From Paragordius varius (taxonomy: Eukaryota > Animalia > Nematomorpha): DNA of 64,000 bases. The translations under genes and the position numbers were made by a program. How positions within the stretch are numbered: the first letter of the stretch is position 1; every line of letters begins with the position of its first letter. Positions 24,584-39,400 of this stretch are shown piece by piece. Under the pieces are notes generated by a model. The model was not told the DNA's origin. It was given only the letters and a program-made list of their open reading frames with translations, and ran no database searches. The stretch is from positions 186,001 to 250,000 of the forward strand of contig OZ176050.1 in assembly GCA_964247055.1 (NCBI GenBank), written 5' to 3'.

Positions 24584-27500
24584 TAAAAATAAAAATGGCT
24601 ACCTAAAATCCAAATTTGATCAGGTGATGTCACCATAATTTTTTTTGGGTAGCCCTATGGTAGTTCCATCATCACCCCAAATATTGTCGAGATCGGAGTA
24701 TAAATGTAATTTTTTTGAATTTTTTAAATATTTAAAAATATTATTTTATACGATTTTAAAAATAAAAATGGCTACCTAAAATCCAAATTTGATCAGGTGA
24801 TGTCGCCATAATTTTTTTTGGGTAGCCCTATAGTAGTTCCATCATCACCCCAAATATTTTCGAGATCGGAGTATAAATGTAATTTTTATGAATTTTTTAA
24901 ATATTTAAAAAATTTATTTTATACGATTTTAAAAATAAAAATGGCTACCTAAAATCCAAATTTGATCAGGTGATGTCACCATAATTTTTTTTGGGCAGCC
25001 CTATGGTAGTTCCATCATCACCCCAAATATTTTCGAGATCGGAGTATAAATGTAATTTTTTTGAATTTTTTAAATATTTAAAAAATTTATTTTATACGAT
25101 TTTAAAAATAAAAATGGCTACCTAAAATCCAAATTTGATCAGGTGATGTCGCCATAATTTTTTTTGGGTAGCCCTATGGTAGTTCCATCATCACCCCAAA
25201 TATTTTCGAGATCGGAGTATAAATGTAATTTTTTTGAATTTTTTAAATATTTAAAAAATTTATTTTATACGATTTTAAAAATAAAAATGGCTACCTAAAA
25301 TCCAAATTTGATGAGGTGATGTCGTCATAATTTTTTTTGGGTAGCCCTATGGTAGTTCCATCATCACCCCAAATATTTTGGGGATCGGACTATAAATGTA
25401 ATTTTTATGAAGTTTTTAAATATTTAAAAAATTTATTTTATACGATTTTAAAAATAAAAATGGCTACCTAAAATCCAAATTTGATCAGGTGATGTCACCA
25501 TAATTTTTTTTGGGTAGCCCTATGGTAGTTCCATCATCACCCCAAATATTTTCGAGATCGGAGTATAAATGTAATTTTTATGAATTTTTTAAATATTTAA
25601 AAAATTTATATTATACGATTTTAAAAATAAAAATGGCTACCTAAAATCCAAATTTGATCAGGTGATGTCACCATAATTTTTTTTGGGTAGCCCTATGGTA
25701 GTTCCATCATCACCCCAAATATTTTCGAGATCGGAGTATAAATGTAATTTTTATGAATTTTTTAAATATTTAAAAAATTTATTTTATACGATTTTAAAAA
25801 TAAAAATGGCTACCTAAAATCCAAATTTGATCAGGTGATGTCACCATAATTTTTTTTGGGCAGCCCTATGGTAGTTCCATCATCACCCCAAATATTTTCG
25901 AGATCGGAGTATAAATGTAATTTTTATGAATTTTTTAAATATTTAAAAGATTTATTTTATACGATTTTAAAAATAAAAATGGCTACCTAAAATCCAAATT
26001 TGATCAGGTGATGTCACCATAATTTTTTTTGGGTAGCCCTATGGTAGTTCCATCATCACCCCAAATATTTTCGAGATCGGAGAATAAATGTAATTTTTAT
26101 GAATTTTTTAAATATTTAAAAAATTTATTTTATACGATTTTAAAAATAAAAATGGCTACCTAAAATCCAAATTTGATCAGGTGATGTCACCATAATTTTT
26201 TTTGGGTAGCTCTATGGTAGTTCCATCATCACCATAAATATTGTCGAGATCGGAGTATAAATGTAATTTTTTTGAATTTTTTAAATATTTAAAAATATTA
26301 TTTTATACGATTTTAAAAATAAAAATGGCTACCTAAAATCCAAATTTGATCAGGTGATGTCGCCATAATTTTTTTTGCGTAGCCCTATAGTAGTTCCATC
26401 ATCACCCCAAATATTTTCGAGATCGGAGTATAAATGTAATTTTTATGAATTTTTTAAATATTTAAAAAATTTATTTTATACGATTTTAAAAATAAAAATG
26501 GCTACCTAAAATCCAAATTTGATCAGGTGATGTCACCATAATTTTTTAAGGTAGCCCTATGGTAGTTCCATCATCACCCCAAATATTTTCGAGATCGGGG
26601 TATAAATGTAATTTTTATGAATTTTTTAAATATTTAAAAAATTTATTTTATACGATTTTAAAAATAAAAATGGCTACCTAAAATCCAAATTTGATCAGGT
26701 GATGTCACCATAATTTTTTTTGGGTAGCCCTATGGTAGTTCCATCATCACCCCAAATATTTTCGAGATCGGAGTATAAATGTAATTTTTATGAATTTTTT
26801 AAATATTTAAAAAATTTATTTTATACGATTTTAAAAATAAAAATGGCTACCTAAAATCCAAATTTGATCAGGTGATGTCACCATAATTTTTTTTGGGTAG
26901 CCCTATGGTAGTTCCATCATCACCCCAAATATTTTCGAGATCGGAGTATAAATGTAATTTTTATGAATTTTTTAAATATTTAAAAAATTTATTTTATACG
27001 ATTTTAAAAATAAATTTGATCAGGTGATGTCACCATAATTTTTTTGGGGCAGCCCTATGGTAGTTCCATCATCACCCCAAATATTTTCGAGATCGGAGTA
27101 TAAATGTAATTTTTATGAATTTTTTAAATATTTAAAAAATTTATTTTATACGATTTTAAAAATAAAAATGGCTACCTAAAATCCAAATTTGATCAGGTGA
27201 TGTCATCATAATTTTTTTGGGTAGCCCTATGGTAGTTCCATCATCACCCCGAATACTTTGGGGATCGGACTATAAATGTAATTTTTTTGAATTTTTTAAA
27301 TATTTAAAAAATTTATTTTATACGATTTTAAAAATAAAAATGGCTACCTAAAATCCAAATTTGATCAGGTGATGTCGCCATAATTTTTTTTGCGTAGCCC
27401 TATGGTAGTTCCATCATCACCCTAAATATTTTGGGGATCGGACTATAAATGTAATTTTTATGAAGTTTTTAAATATTTAAAAAATTTATTTTATACGATT

Positions 27501-30500
27501 TTAAAAATAAAAATGGCTACCTAAAATCCAAATTTGATCAGGTGATGTCACCATAATTTTTTTTGGGTAGCCCTATGGTAGTTCCATCATCACCCCAAAT
27601 ATTGTCGAGATCGGAGTATAAATGTAATTTTTTTGAATTTTTTAAATATTTAAAAATATTATTTTATACGATTTTAAAAATAAAAATGGCTACCTAAAAT
27701 CCAAATTTGATCAGGTGATGTCGCCATAATTTTTTTTGGGTAGCCCTATAGTAGTTCCATCATCACCCCAAATATTTTCGAGATCGGAGTATAAATGTAA
27801 TTTTTATGAATTTTTTAAATATTTAAAAAATTTATTTTATACGATTTTAAAAATAAAAATGGCTACCTAAAATCCAAATTTGATCAGGTGATGTCGCCAT
27901 AATTTTTTTTGGGTAGCCCTATGGTAGTTCCATCATCACCCCAAATATTTTCGAGATCGGAGTATAAATGTAATTTTTATGAATTTTTTAAATATTTAAA
28001 AAATTTATTTTATACGATTTTAAAAATAAATTTGATCAGGTGATGTCACCATAATTTTTTTGGGGCAGCCCTATGGTAGTTCCATCATCACCCCAAATAT
28101 TTTCGAGATCGGAGTATAAATGTAATTTTTATGAATTTTTTAAATATTTAAAAAATTTATTTTATACGATTTTAAAAATAAAAATGGCTACCTAAAATCC
28201 AAATTTGATCAGGTGATGTCACCATAATTTTTTTTAAGCAGCCCTATGGTAGTTCCATCATCACCCCAAATATTTTCGAGATCGGAGTATAAATGTAATT
28301 TTTTTGAATTTTTTAAATATTTAAAAAATTTATTTTATACGATTTTAAAAATAAAAATGGCTACCTAAAATCCAAATTTGATCAGGTGATGTCGCCATAA
28401 TTTTTTTTGGGTAGCCCTATGGTAGTTCCATCATCACCCCAAATATTTTCGAGATCGGAGTATAAATGTAATTTTTTTGAATTTTTTAAATATTTAAAAA
28501 ATTTATTTTATACGATTTTAAAAATAAAAATGGCTACCTAAAATCCAAATTTAATGAGGTGATGTCGTCATAATTTTTTTTGGGTAGCCCTATGGTAGTT
28601 CCATCATCACCCCAAATATTTTGGGGATCGGACTATAAATGTAATTTTTATGAAGTTTTTAAATATTTAAAAAATTTATTTTATACGATTTTAAAAATAA
28701 AAATGGCTACCTAAAATCCAAATTTGATCAGGTGATGTCACCATAATTTTTTTTGGGTAGCCCTATGGTAGTTCCATCATCACCCCAAATATTTTCGAGA
28801 TCGGAGTATAAATGTAATTTTTATGAATTTTTTAAATATTTAAAAAATTTATATTATACGATTTTAAAAATAAAAATGGCTACCTAAAATCCAAATTTGA
28901 TCAGGTGATGTCATTATAATTTTTTTTGGGTAGCCCTATGGTAGTTCCATCATCACCCCAAATATTTTCGAGATCGGAGTATAAATGTAATTTTTATGAA
29001 TTTTTTAAATATTTAAAAAATTTATTTTATACGATTTTAAAAATAAAAATGGCTACCTAAAATCCAAATTTGATCAGGTGATGTCACCATAATTTTTTTT
29101 GGGCAGCCCTATGGTAGTTCCATCATCACCCCAAATATTTTCGAGATCGGAGTATAAATGTAATTTTTATGAATTTTTTAAATATTTAAAAAATTTATTT
29201 TATACGATTTTAAAAATAAAAATGGCTACCTAAAATCCAAATTTGATCAGGTGATGTCACCATAATTTTTTTTGGGTAGCTCTATGGTAGTTCCATCATC
29301 ACCATAAATATTGTCGAGATCGGAGTATAAATGTAATTTTTTTGAATTTTTTAAATATTTAAAAATATTATTTTATACGATTTTAAAAATAAAAATGGCT
29401 ACCTAAAATCCAAATTTGATCAGGTGATGTCGCCATAATTTTTTTTGGGTAGCCCTATAGTAGTTCCATCATCACCCCAAATATTTTCGAGATCGGAGTA
29501 TAAATGTAATTTTTATGAATTTTTTAAATATTTAAAAAATTTATTTTATACGATTTTAAAAATAAAAATGGCTACCTAAAATCCAAATTTGATCAGGTGA
29601 TGTCACCATAATTTTTTAAGGTAGCCCTATGGTAGTTCCATCATCACCCCAAATATTTTCGAGATCGGGGTATAAATGTAATTTTTATGAATTTTTTAAA
29701 TATTTAAAAAATTTATTTTATACGATTTTAAAAATAAAAATGGCTACCTAAAATCCAAATTTGATCAGGTGATGTCACCATAATTTTTTTTGGGCAGCCC
29801 TATGGTAGTTCCATCATCACCCCAAATATTTTCGAGATCGGAGTATAAATGTAATTTTTATGAATTTTTTAAATATTTAAAAAATTTATTTTATACGATT
29901 TTAAAAATAAAAATGGCTACCTAAAATCCAAATTTGATCAGGTGATGTCACCATAATTTTTTTTGGGTAGCCCTATGGTAGTTCCATCATCACCCCAAAT
30001 ATTTTCGAGATCGGAGTATAAATGTAATTTTTATGAATTTTTTAAATATTTAAAAAATTTATTTTATACGATTTTAAAAATAAATTTGATCAGGTGATGT
30101 CACCATAATTTTTTTGGGGCAGCCCTATGGTAGTTCCATCATCACCCCAAATATTTTCGAGATCGGAGTATAAATGTAATTTTTATGAATTTTTTAAATA
30201 TTTAAAAAATTTATTTTATACGATTTTAAAAATAAAAATGGCTACCTAAAATCCAAATTTGATCAGGTGATGTCATCATAATTTTTTTGGGTAGCCCTAT
30301 GGTAGTTCCATCATCACCCCGAATACTTTGGGGATCGGACTATAAATGTAATTTTTTTGAATTTTTTAAATATTTAAAAAATTTATTTTATACGATTTTA
30401 AAAATAAAAATGGCTACCTAAAATCCAAATTTGATCAGGTGATGTCGCCATAATTTTTTTTGCGTAGCCCTATGGTAGTTCCATCATCACCCTAAATATT

Positions 30501-30571
30501 TTGGGGATCGGACTATAAATGTAATTTTTATGAATTTTTTAAATATTTAAAAAATTTATTTTATACGATTT
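24584..30571 (+). repeat. Tandem duplication of a 17-18 monomer unit (about 2.9-3.1 kb)
   Basis: Shared ordered markers: GATGAGG/AATGAGG with GTCGTC (25276/28519), ATTTATATTA (25449/28692), GCTCT with ACCATAAA (26141/29211), T6-AAGG (26487/29557), 21-bp-deleted monomer (27005/30075) and TCATCATA (27157/30227). Confidence 0.8.
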
Positions 30572-33500
30572 TAAAAATAAAAATGGCTACCTAAAATCCA
30601 AATTTGATCAGGTGATGTCACCATAATTTTTTTTGGGTAGCCCTATGGTAGTTCCATCATCACCCCAAATATTTTCGAGATCGGAATATAAATGTAATTT
30701 TTATGAATTTTTTAAATATTTAAAAAATTTATTTTATACGATTTTAAAAATAAAAATGGCTACCTAAAATCCAAATTTGATCAGGTGATGTCACCATAAT
30801 TTTTTTTGGGTAGCCCTATGGTAGTTCCATCATCACCCCAAATATTTTCGAGATCGGAGTATAAATGTAATTTTTATGAATTTTTTAAATATTTAAAAGA
30901 TTTATTTTATACGATTTTAAAAATAAAAATGGCTACCTAAAATCCAAATTTGATCAGGTGATGTCACCATAATTTTTTTTGGGTAGCCCTATGGTAGTTC
31001 CATCATCACCCCAAATATTTTCGAGATCGGAGTATAAATGTAATTTTTATGAATTTTTTAAATATTTAAAAAATTTATTTTATACGATTTTAAAAATAAA
31101 AATGGCTACCTAAAATCCAAATTTGATCAGGTGATGTCACCATAATTTTTTTTGGGTAGCTCTATGGTAGTTCCATCATCACCATAAATATTGTCGAGAT
31201 CGGAGTATAAATGTAATTTTTTTGAATTTTTTAAATATTTAAAAATATTATTTTATACGATTTTAAAAATAAAAATGGCTACCTAAAATCCAAATTTGAT
31301 CAGGTGATGTCGCCATAATTTTTTTTGGGTAGCCCTATAGTAGTTCCATCATCACCCCAAATATTTTCGAGATCGGAGTATAAATGTAATTTTTATGAAT
31401 TTTTTAAATATTTAAAAAATTTATTTTATACGATTTTAAAAATAAAAATGGCTACCTAAAATCCAAATTTGATCAGGTGATGTCACCATAATTTTTTAAG
31501 GTAGCCCTATGGTAGTTCCATCATCACCCCAAATATTTTCGAGATCGGGGTATAAATGTAATTTTTATGAATTTTTTAAATATTTAAAAAATTTATTTTA
31601 TACGATTTTAAAAATAAAAATGGCTACCTAAAATCCAAATTTGATCAGGTGATGTCACCATAATTTTTTTTGGGTAGCCCTATGGTAGTTCCATCATCAC
31701 CCCAAATATTGTCGAGATCGGAGTATAAATGTAATTTTTTTGAATTTTTTAAATATTTAAAAAATTTATTTTATACGATTTTAAAAATAAAAATGGCTAC
31801 CTAAAATCCAAATTTGATCAGGTGATGTCACCATAATTTTTTTTGGGTAGCCCTATGGTAGTTCCATCATCACCCCAAATATTTTCGAGATCGGAGTATA
31901 AATGTAATTTTTATGAATTTTTTAAATATTTAAAAAATTTATTTTATACGATTTTAAAAATAAATTTGATCAGGTGATGTCACCATAATTTTTTTTGGGC
32001 AGCCCTATGGTAGTTCCATCATCACCCCAAATATTTTCGAGATCGGAGTATAAATGTAATTTTTATGAATTTTTTAAATATTTAAAAAATTTATTTTATA
32101 CGATTTTAAAAATAAAAATGGCTACCTAAAATCCAAATTTGATCAGGTGATGTCACCATAATTTTTTTTGGGTAGCCCTATGGTAGTTCCATCATCACCC
32201 CAAATATTGTCGAGATCGGAGTATAAATGTAATTTTTTTGAATTTTTTAAATATTTAAAAAATTTATTTTATACGATTTTAAAAATAAAAATGGCTACCT
32301 AAAATCCAAATTTGATCAGGTGATGTCGCCATAATTTTTTTTGGGTAGCCCTATGGGAGTTCCATCATCACCCCAAATATTTTCGAGATCGGAGTATAAA
32401 TGTAATTTTTATGAATTTTTTAAATATTTAAAAAATTTATTTTATACGATTTTAAAAATAAAAATGGCTACCTAAAATCCAAATTTGATCAGGTGATATC
32501 ACCATAATTTTTTTTGGGTAGCCCTATGGTAGTTCCATCATCACCCCAAATATTTTCGAGATCGGAGTATAAATGTAATTTTTATGAATTTTTTAAATAT
32601 TTAAAAAATTTATTTTATACGATTTTAAAAATAAAAATGGCTACCTAAAATCCAAATTTGATCAGGTGATGTCACCATAATTTTTTTTGGGTAGCCCTAT
32701 GTTAGTTCCATCATCACCCCAAATATTTTCGAGATCGGAGTATAAATGTAATTTTTATGAATTTTTTAAATATTTAAAAAATTTATTTTATACGATTTTA
32801 TAAATAAAAATGGCTACCTAAAATCCAAATTTGATCAGGTGATGTCACCATAATTTTTTTTGGGTAGCCCTATGTTAGTTCCATCATCACCCCAAATATT
32901 TTCGAGATCGGAGTATAAATGTAATTTTTATGAATTTTTTAAATATTTAAAAAATTTATTTTATACGATTTTAAAAATAAAAATGGCTACCTAAAATCCA
33001 AATTTGATCAGGTGATGTCACTATAATTTTTTTGGGTAGCCCTATGGTAGTTCCATCATCACCCCAAATATTTTGGGGATCGGACTATAAATGTAATTTA
33101 TATGAATTTTTTAAATATTTAAAAAATTTATTTTATACGATTTTAAAAAATGGCTACCTAAAATCCAAATTTGATCAGGTGATGTCACCATAATTTTTTT
33201 TGGGTAGCCCTATGGTAGTTCCATCATCACCCCAAATATTTTCGAGATCAGAGTATAAATGTAATTTTTATGAATTTTTTAAATATTTAAAAAATTTATT
33301 TTATACGATTTTAAAAATAAAAATGGCTACCTAAAATCCAAATTTGATCAGGTGATGTCACTATAATTTTTTTGGGTAGCCCTATGGTAGTTCCATCATC
33401 ACCCCAAATATTTTCGAGATCGGAGTATAAATGTAATTTTTATGAATTTTTTAAATATTTAAAAAATTTATTTTATACGATTTTAAAAATAAAAATGGCT

Positions 33501-33999
33501 ACCTAAAATCCAAATTTGATCAGGTGATGTCACCATAATTTTTTTTGGGTAGCCCTATGGTAGTTCCATCATCACCCCAAATATTTTCGAGATCGGAGTA
33601 TAAATGTATTTTTTATGAATTTTTTAAATATTTAAAAAATTTATTTTATACGATTTTAAAAATAAAAATGGCTACCTAAAATCCAAATTTGATCAGGTGA
33701 TGTCGCCATAATTTTTTTTGGGTAGCCCTATGGTAGTTCCATCATCACCCCAAATATTTTCGAGATCGGAGTATTGTAATTTTTATGAATTTTTTAAATA
33801 TTTAAAAAATTTATTTTATACGATTTTAAAAATAAAAATGGCTACCTAAAATCCAAATTTGATCAGGTGATGTCACCATAATTTTTTTTGGGTAGCCCTA
33901 TGGTAGTTCCATCATCACCCCAAATATTGTCGAGATCGGAGTATAAATGTAATTTTTTTGAATTTTTTAAATATTTAAAAATATTATTTTATACGATTT

Positions 34000-35555
34000 T
34001 AAAAATAAAAATGGCTACCTAAATCCAAATTTGATCAGGTGATGTCGCCATAATTTTTTTTGGGTAGCCCTATAGTAGTTCCATCATCACCCCAAATATT
34101 TTCGAGATCGGAGTATAAATGTAATTTTTATGAATTTTTTAAATATTTAAAAAATTTATTTTATACGATTTTAAAAATAAAAATGGCTACCTAAAATCCA
34201 AATTTGATCAGGTGATGTCACCATAATTTTTTTTGGGCAGCCCTATGGTAGTTCCATCATCACCCCAAATATTTTCGAGATCGGAGTATAAATGTAATTT
34301 TTTTGAATTTTTTAAATATTTAAAAAATTTATTTTATACGATTTTAAAAATAAAAATGGCTACCTAAAATCCAAATTTGATCAGGTGATGTCGCCATAAT
34401 TTTTTTTGGGTAGCCCTATGGTAGTTCCATCATCACCCCAAATATTTTCGAGATCGGAGTATAAATGTAATTTTTTTGAATTTTTTAAATATTTAAAAAA
34501 TTTATTTTATACGATTTTAAAAATAAAAATGGCTACCTAAAATCCAAATTTGATGAGGTGATGTCGTCATAATTTTTTTTGGGTAGCCCTATGGTAGTTC
34601 CATCATCACCCCAAATATTTTGGGGATCGGACTATAAATGTAATTTTTATGAAGTTTTTAAATATTTAAAAAATTTATTTTATACGATTTTAAAAATAAA
34701 AATGGCTACCTAAAATCCAAATTTGATCAGGTGATGTCGCCATAATTTTTTTTGGGTAGCCCTATAGTAGTTCCATCATCACCCCAAATATTTTCGAGAT
34801 CGGAGTATAAATGTAATTTTTATGAATTTTTTAAATATTTAAAAAATTTATTTTATACGATTTTAAAAATAAAAATGGCTACCTAAAATCCAAATTTGAT
34901 CAGGTGATGTCACCATAATTTTTTTTGGGCAGCCCTATGGTAGTTCCATCATCACCCCAAATATTTTCGAGATCGGAGTATAAATGTAATTTTTTTGAAT
35001 TTTTTAAATATTTAAAAAATTTATTTTATACGATTTTAAAAATAAAAATGGCTACCTAAAATCCAAATTTGATCAGGTGATGTCGCCATAATTTTTTTTG
35101 GGTAGCCCTATGGTAGTTCCATCATCACCCCAAATATTTTCGAGATCGGAGTATAAATGTAATTTTTTTGAATTTTTTAAATATTTAAAAAATTTATTTT
35201 ATACGATTTTAAAAATAAAAATGGCTACCTAAAATCCAAATTTGATGAGGTGATGTCGTCATAATTTTTTTTGGGTAGCCCTATGGTAGTTCCATCATCA
35301 CCCCAAATATTTTGGGGATCGGAGTATAAATGTAATTTTTTTGAATTTTTTAAATATTTAAAAAATTTATTTTATACGATTTTAAAAATAAAAATGGCTA
35401 CCTAAAATCCAAATTTGATGAGGTGATGTCGTCATAATTTTTTTTGGGTAGCCCTATGGTAGTTCCATCATCACCCCAAATATTTTGGGGATCGGACTAT
35501 AAATGTAATTTTTATGAAGTTTTTAAATATTTAAAAAATTTATTTTATACGATTT
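34000..35555 (+). repeat. 4-monomer tandem duplication (about 692 bp) followed by a one-monomer duplication with a chimeric junction
   Basis: The series GCC-ATAG / GGCAGCC / GCC / GATGAGG-GTC occurs at 34000 and 34691. The monomer at 35210 is chimeric and is followed by another GATGAGG-GTC monomer at 35383. Confidence 0.8.
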
Positions 35556-36419
35556 TAAAAATAAAAATGGCTACCTAAAATCCAAATTTGATCAGGTGAT
35601 GTCACCATAATTTTTTTTGGGTAGCCCTATGGTAGTTCCATCATCACCCCAATTATTTTCGAGATCGGAGTATAAATGTAATTTTTATGAATTTTTTAAA
35701 TATTTAAAAAATTTATATTATACGATTTTAAAAATAAAAATGGCTACCTAAAATCCAAATTTGATCAGGTGATGTCACCATAATTTTTTTTGGGTAGCCC
35801 TATGGTAGTTCCATCATCACCCCAAATATTTTCGAGATCGGAGTATAAATGTAATTTTTATGAATTTTTTAAATATTTAAAAAATTTATTTTATACGATT
35901 TTAAAAATAAAAATGGCTACCTAAAATCCAAATTTGATCAGGTGATGTCACCATAATTTTTTTTGGGCAGCCCTATGGTAGTTCCATCATCACCCCAAAT
36001 ATTTTCGAGATCGGAGTATAAATGTAATTTTTATGAATTTTTTAAATATTTAAAAAATTTATTTTATACGATTTTAAAAATAAAAATGGCTACCTAAAAT
36101 CCAAATTTGATCAGGTGATGTCACCATAATTTTTTTGGGTAGCCCTATGGTAGTTCCATCATCACCCCGAATACTTTGGGGATCGGACTATAAATGTAAT
36201 TTTTTTGAATTTTTTAAATATTTAAAAAATTTATTTTATACGATTTTAAAAATAAAAATGGCTACCTAAAATCCAAATTTGATCAGGTGATGTCGCCATA
36301 TTTTTTTTTGCGTAGCCCTATGGTAGTTCCATCATCACCCCAAATATTTTGGGGATCGGACTATAAATGTAATTTTTAGGAATTTTTTAAATATTTAAAA
36401 AATTTATTTTATACGATTT

Positions 36420-39400
36420 TAAAAATAAAAATGGCTACCTAAAATCCAAATTTGATCAGGTGATGTCACCATAATTTTTTTTGGGTAGCCCTATGGTAGT
36501 TCCATCATCACCCCAAATATTTTCGAGATCGGAATATAAATGTAATTTTTATGAATTTTTTAAATATTTAAAAAATTTATTTTATACGATTTTAAAAATA
36601 AAAATGGCTACCTAAAATCCAAATTTGATCAAATGATGTCACCATAATTTTTTTTGGGTAGCCCTATGGTAGTTCCATCATCACCCCAAATATTGTCGAG
36701 ATCGGAGTATAAATGTAATTTTTTTGAATTTTTTAAATATTTAAAAAATTTATTTTATACGATTTTAAAAATAAAAATGGCCACCTAAAATCCAAATTTG
36801 ATCAGGTGATGTCGCCATAATTTTTTTTGGGTAGCCCTATGGTAGTTCCATCATCACCCCAAATATTTTCGAGATCGGAGTATAAATGTAATTTTTATGA
36901 ATTTTTTAAATATTTAAAAAATTTATTTTATACGATTTTAAAAATAAAAATGGCTACCTAAAATCCAAATTTGATCAGGTGATATCACCATAATTTTTTT
37001 TGGGTAGCCCTATGGTAGTTCCATCATCACCCCAAATATTTTCGAGATCGGAGTATAAATGTAATTTTTATGAATTTTTTAAATATTTAAAAAATTTATT
37101 TTATACGATTTTAAAAATAAAAATGGCTACCTAAAATCCAAATTTGATCAGGTGATGTCACCATAATTTTTTTTGGGTAGCCCTATGTTAGTTCCATCAT
37201 CACCCCAAATATTTTCGTGATCGGAGTATAAATGTAATTTTTATGAATTTTTTAAATATTTAAAAAATTTATTTTATACGATTTTATAAATAAAAATGGC
37301 TACCTAAAATCCAAATTTGATCAGGTGATGTCACCATAATTTTTTTTGGGTAGCCCTATGTTAGTTCCATCATCACCCCAAATATTTTCGAGATTGGAGT
37401 ATAAATGTAATTTTTATGAATTTTTTAAATATTTAAAAAATTTATTTTATACGATTTTAAAAATAAAAATGGCTACCTAAAATCCAAATTTGATCAGGTG
37501 ATGTCACTATAAAATTTTTGGGTAGCCCTATGGTAGTTCCATCATCACCCCAAATATTTTGGGGATCGGACTATAAATGTAATTTTTATGAATTTTTTAA
37601 ATATTTAAAAAATTTATTTTATACGATTTTAAAAAATGGCTACCTAAAATCTAAATTTGATCAGGTGATGTCACCATAATTTTTTTTGGGTAGCCCTATG
37701 GTAGTTCCATCATCACCCCAAATATTTTCGAGATCAGAGTATAAATGTAATTTTTATGAATTTTTTAAATATTTAAAAAATTTATTTTATACGATTTTAA
37801 AAATAAAAATGGCTACCTAAAATCCAAATTTGATCAGGTGATGTCACTATAATTTTTTTGGATAGCCCTATGGTAGTTCCATCATCACCCCAAATATTTT
37901 GGGGATCGGACTATAAATGTAATTTTTATGAATTTTTTAAATATTTAAAAAATTTATTTTATACGATTTTAAAAAATGGCTTCCTAAAATCCAAATTTGA
38001 TCAGGTGATGTCACCATAATTTTTTTTGGGTAGCCCTATGGTAGTTCCATCATCACCCTAAATATTTTCGAGATCAGAGTATAAATGTAATTTTTATGAA
38101 TTTTTTAAATATTTAAAAAATTTATTTTATACGATTTTAAAAATAAAAATGGCTATCCTAAAATCCAAATTTGATCAGGTGATGTCACTATAATTTTTTT
38201 GGGTAGCCCTATGGTAGTTCCATCATCACCCCAATTATTTTCGAGATCGGAGTATAAATGTAATTTTTATGAATTTTTTAAATATTTAAAAAATTTATTT
38301 TATACGATTGAAAAAATAAAAATGGCTACCTAAAATCCAAATTTGATCAGGTGATGTCACCATAATTTTTTTTGGGTAGCCCTATGGTAGTTCCATCATC
38401 ACCCCAAATATTTTCGAGATCGGAGTATAAATGTATTTTTTATGAATTTTTTAAATATTTAAAAAATTTATTTTATACGATTTTAAAAATAAAAATGGCT
38501 ACCTAAAATCCAAATTTGATCAGGTGATGTCGCCATAATTTTTTTTGGGTAGCCCTATGGTAGTTCCATCATCACCCCAAATATTTTCGAGATCGGAGTA
38601 TAAATGTAATTTTTATGAATTTTTTAAATATTTAAAAAATTTATTTTATACGATTTTAAAAATAAAAATGGCTACCTAAAATCCAAATTTGATCAGGTGA
38701 TGTCACCATAATTTTTTTGGGTAGCCCTATGGTAGTTCCATCATCACCCCGAATACTTTGGGGATCGGACTATAAATGTAATTTTTTTGAATTTTTTAAA
38801 TATTTAAAAAATTTATTTTATACGATTTTAAAAATAAAAATGGCTACCTAAAATCCAAATTTGATCAGGTGATGTCACTATAATTTTTTAACTATGGTAG
38901 TTCCATCATCACCCCAAATACTTTGGGGATCGGACTATAATTTTTATGAATTTTTTTAATATTTAAAAAATTTATTTTATACGATTTTAAAAATAAAAAT
39001 GGCTACCTAAAATCCAAATTTGATCAGGTGATGTCACCATAATTTTTTTTGGGTAGCCCTATGGTGGTTCCATCATCACCCCAAATATTTTCGAGATCGG
39101 AGTATAAATGTAATTTTTATGAATTTTTTAAATATTTAAAAAATTTATTTTATACGATTTTAAAAATAAAAATGGCTACCTAAAATCCAAATTTGATCAG
39201 GTGATGTCACCATAATTTTTTTTGGGTAGCCCTATGGTAGTTCCATCATCACCCCAAATATTGTCGAGATCGGAGTATAAATGTAATTTTTTTGAATTTT
39301 TTAAATATTTAAAAAATTTATTTTATACGATTTTAAAAATAAAAATGGCTACCTAAAATCCAAATTTGATCAGGTGATGTCACCATAATTTTTTTTGGGT

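Larger units (their letters stand above)
20663..36074 (+). repeat. Large degenerate segmental duplication: 20663-25967 is similar to 30075-36074 (offset 9.1-10.1 kb)
   Basis: About 30 monomers keep the same marker order. The first 10 match one-to-one at +9412. The offset then drifts (22884/31955, 23726/33144, 24757/34000, 25449/35556) through whole-monomer gains and losses. Confidence 0.8.
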
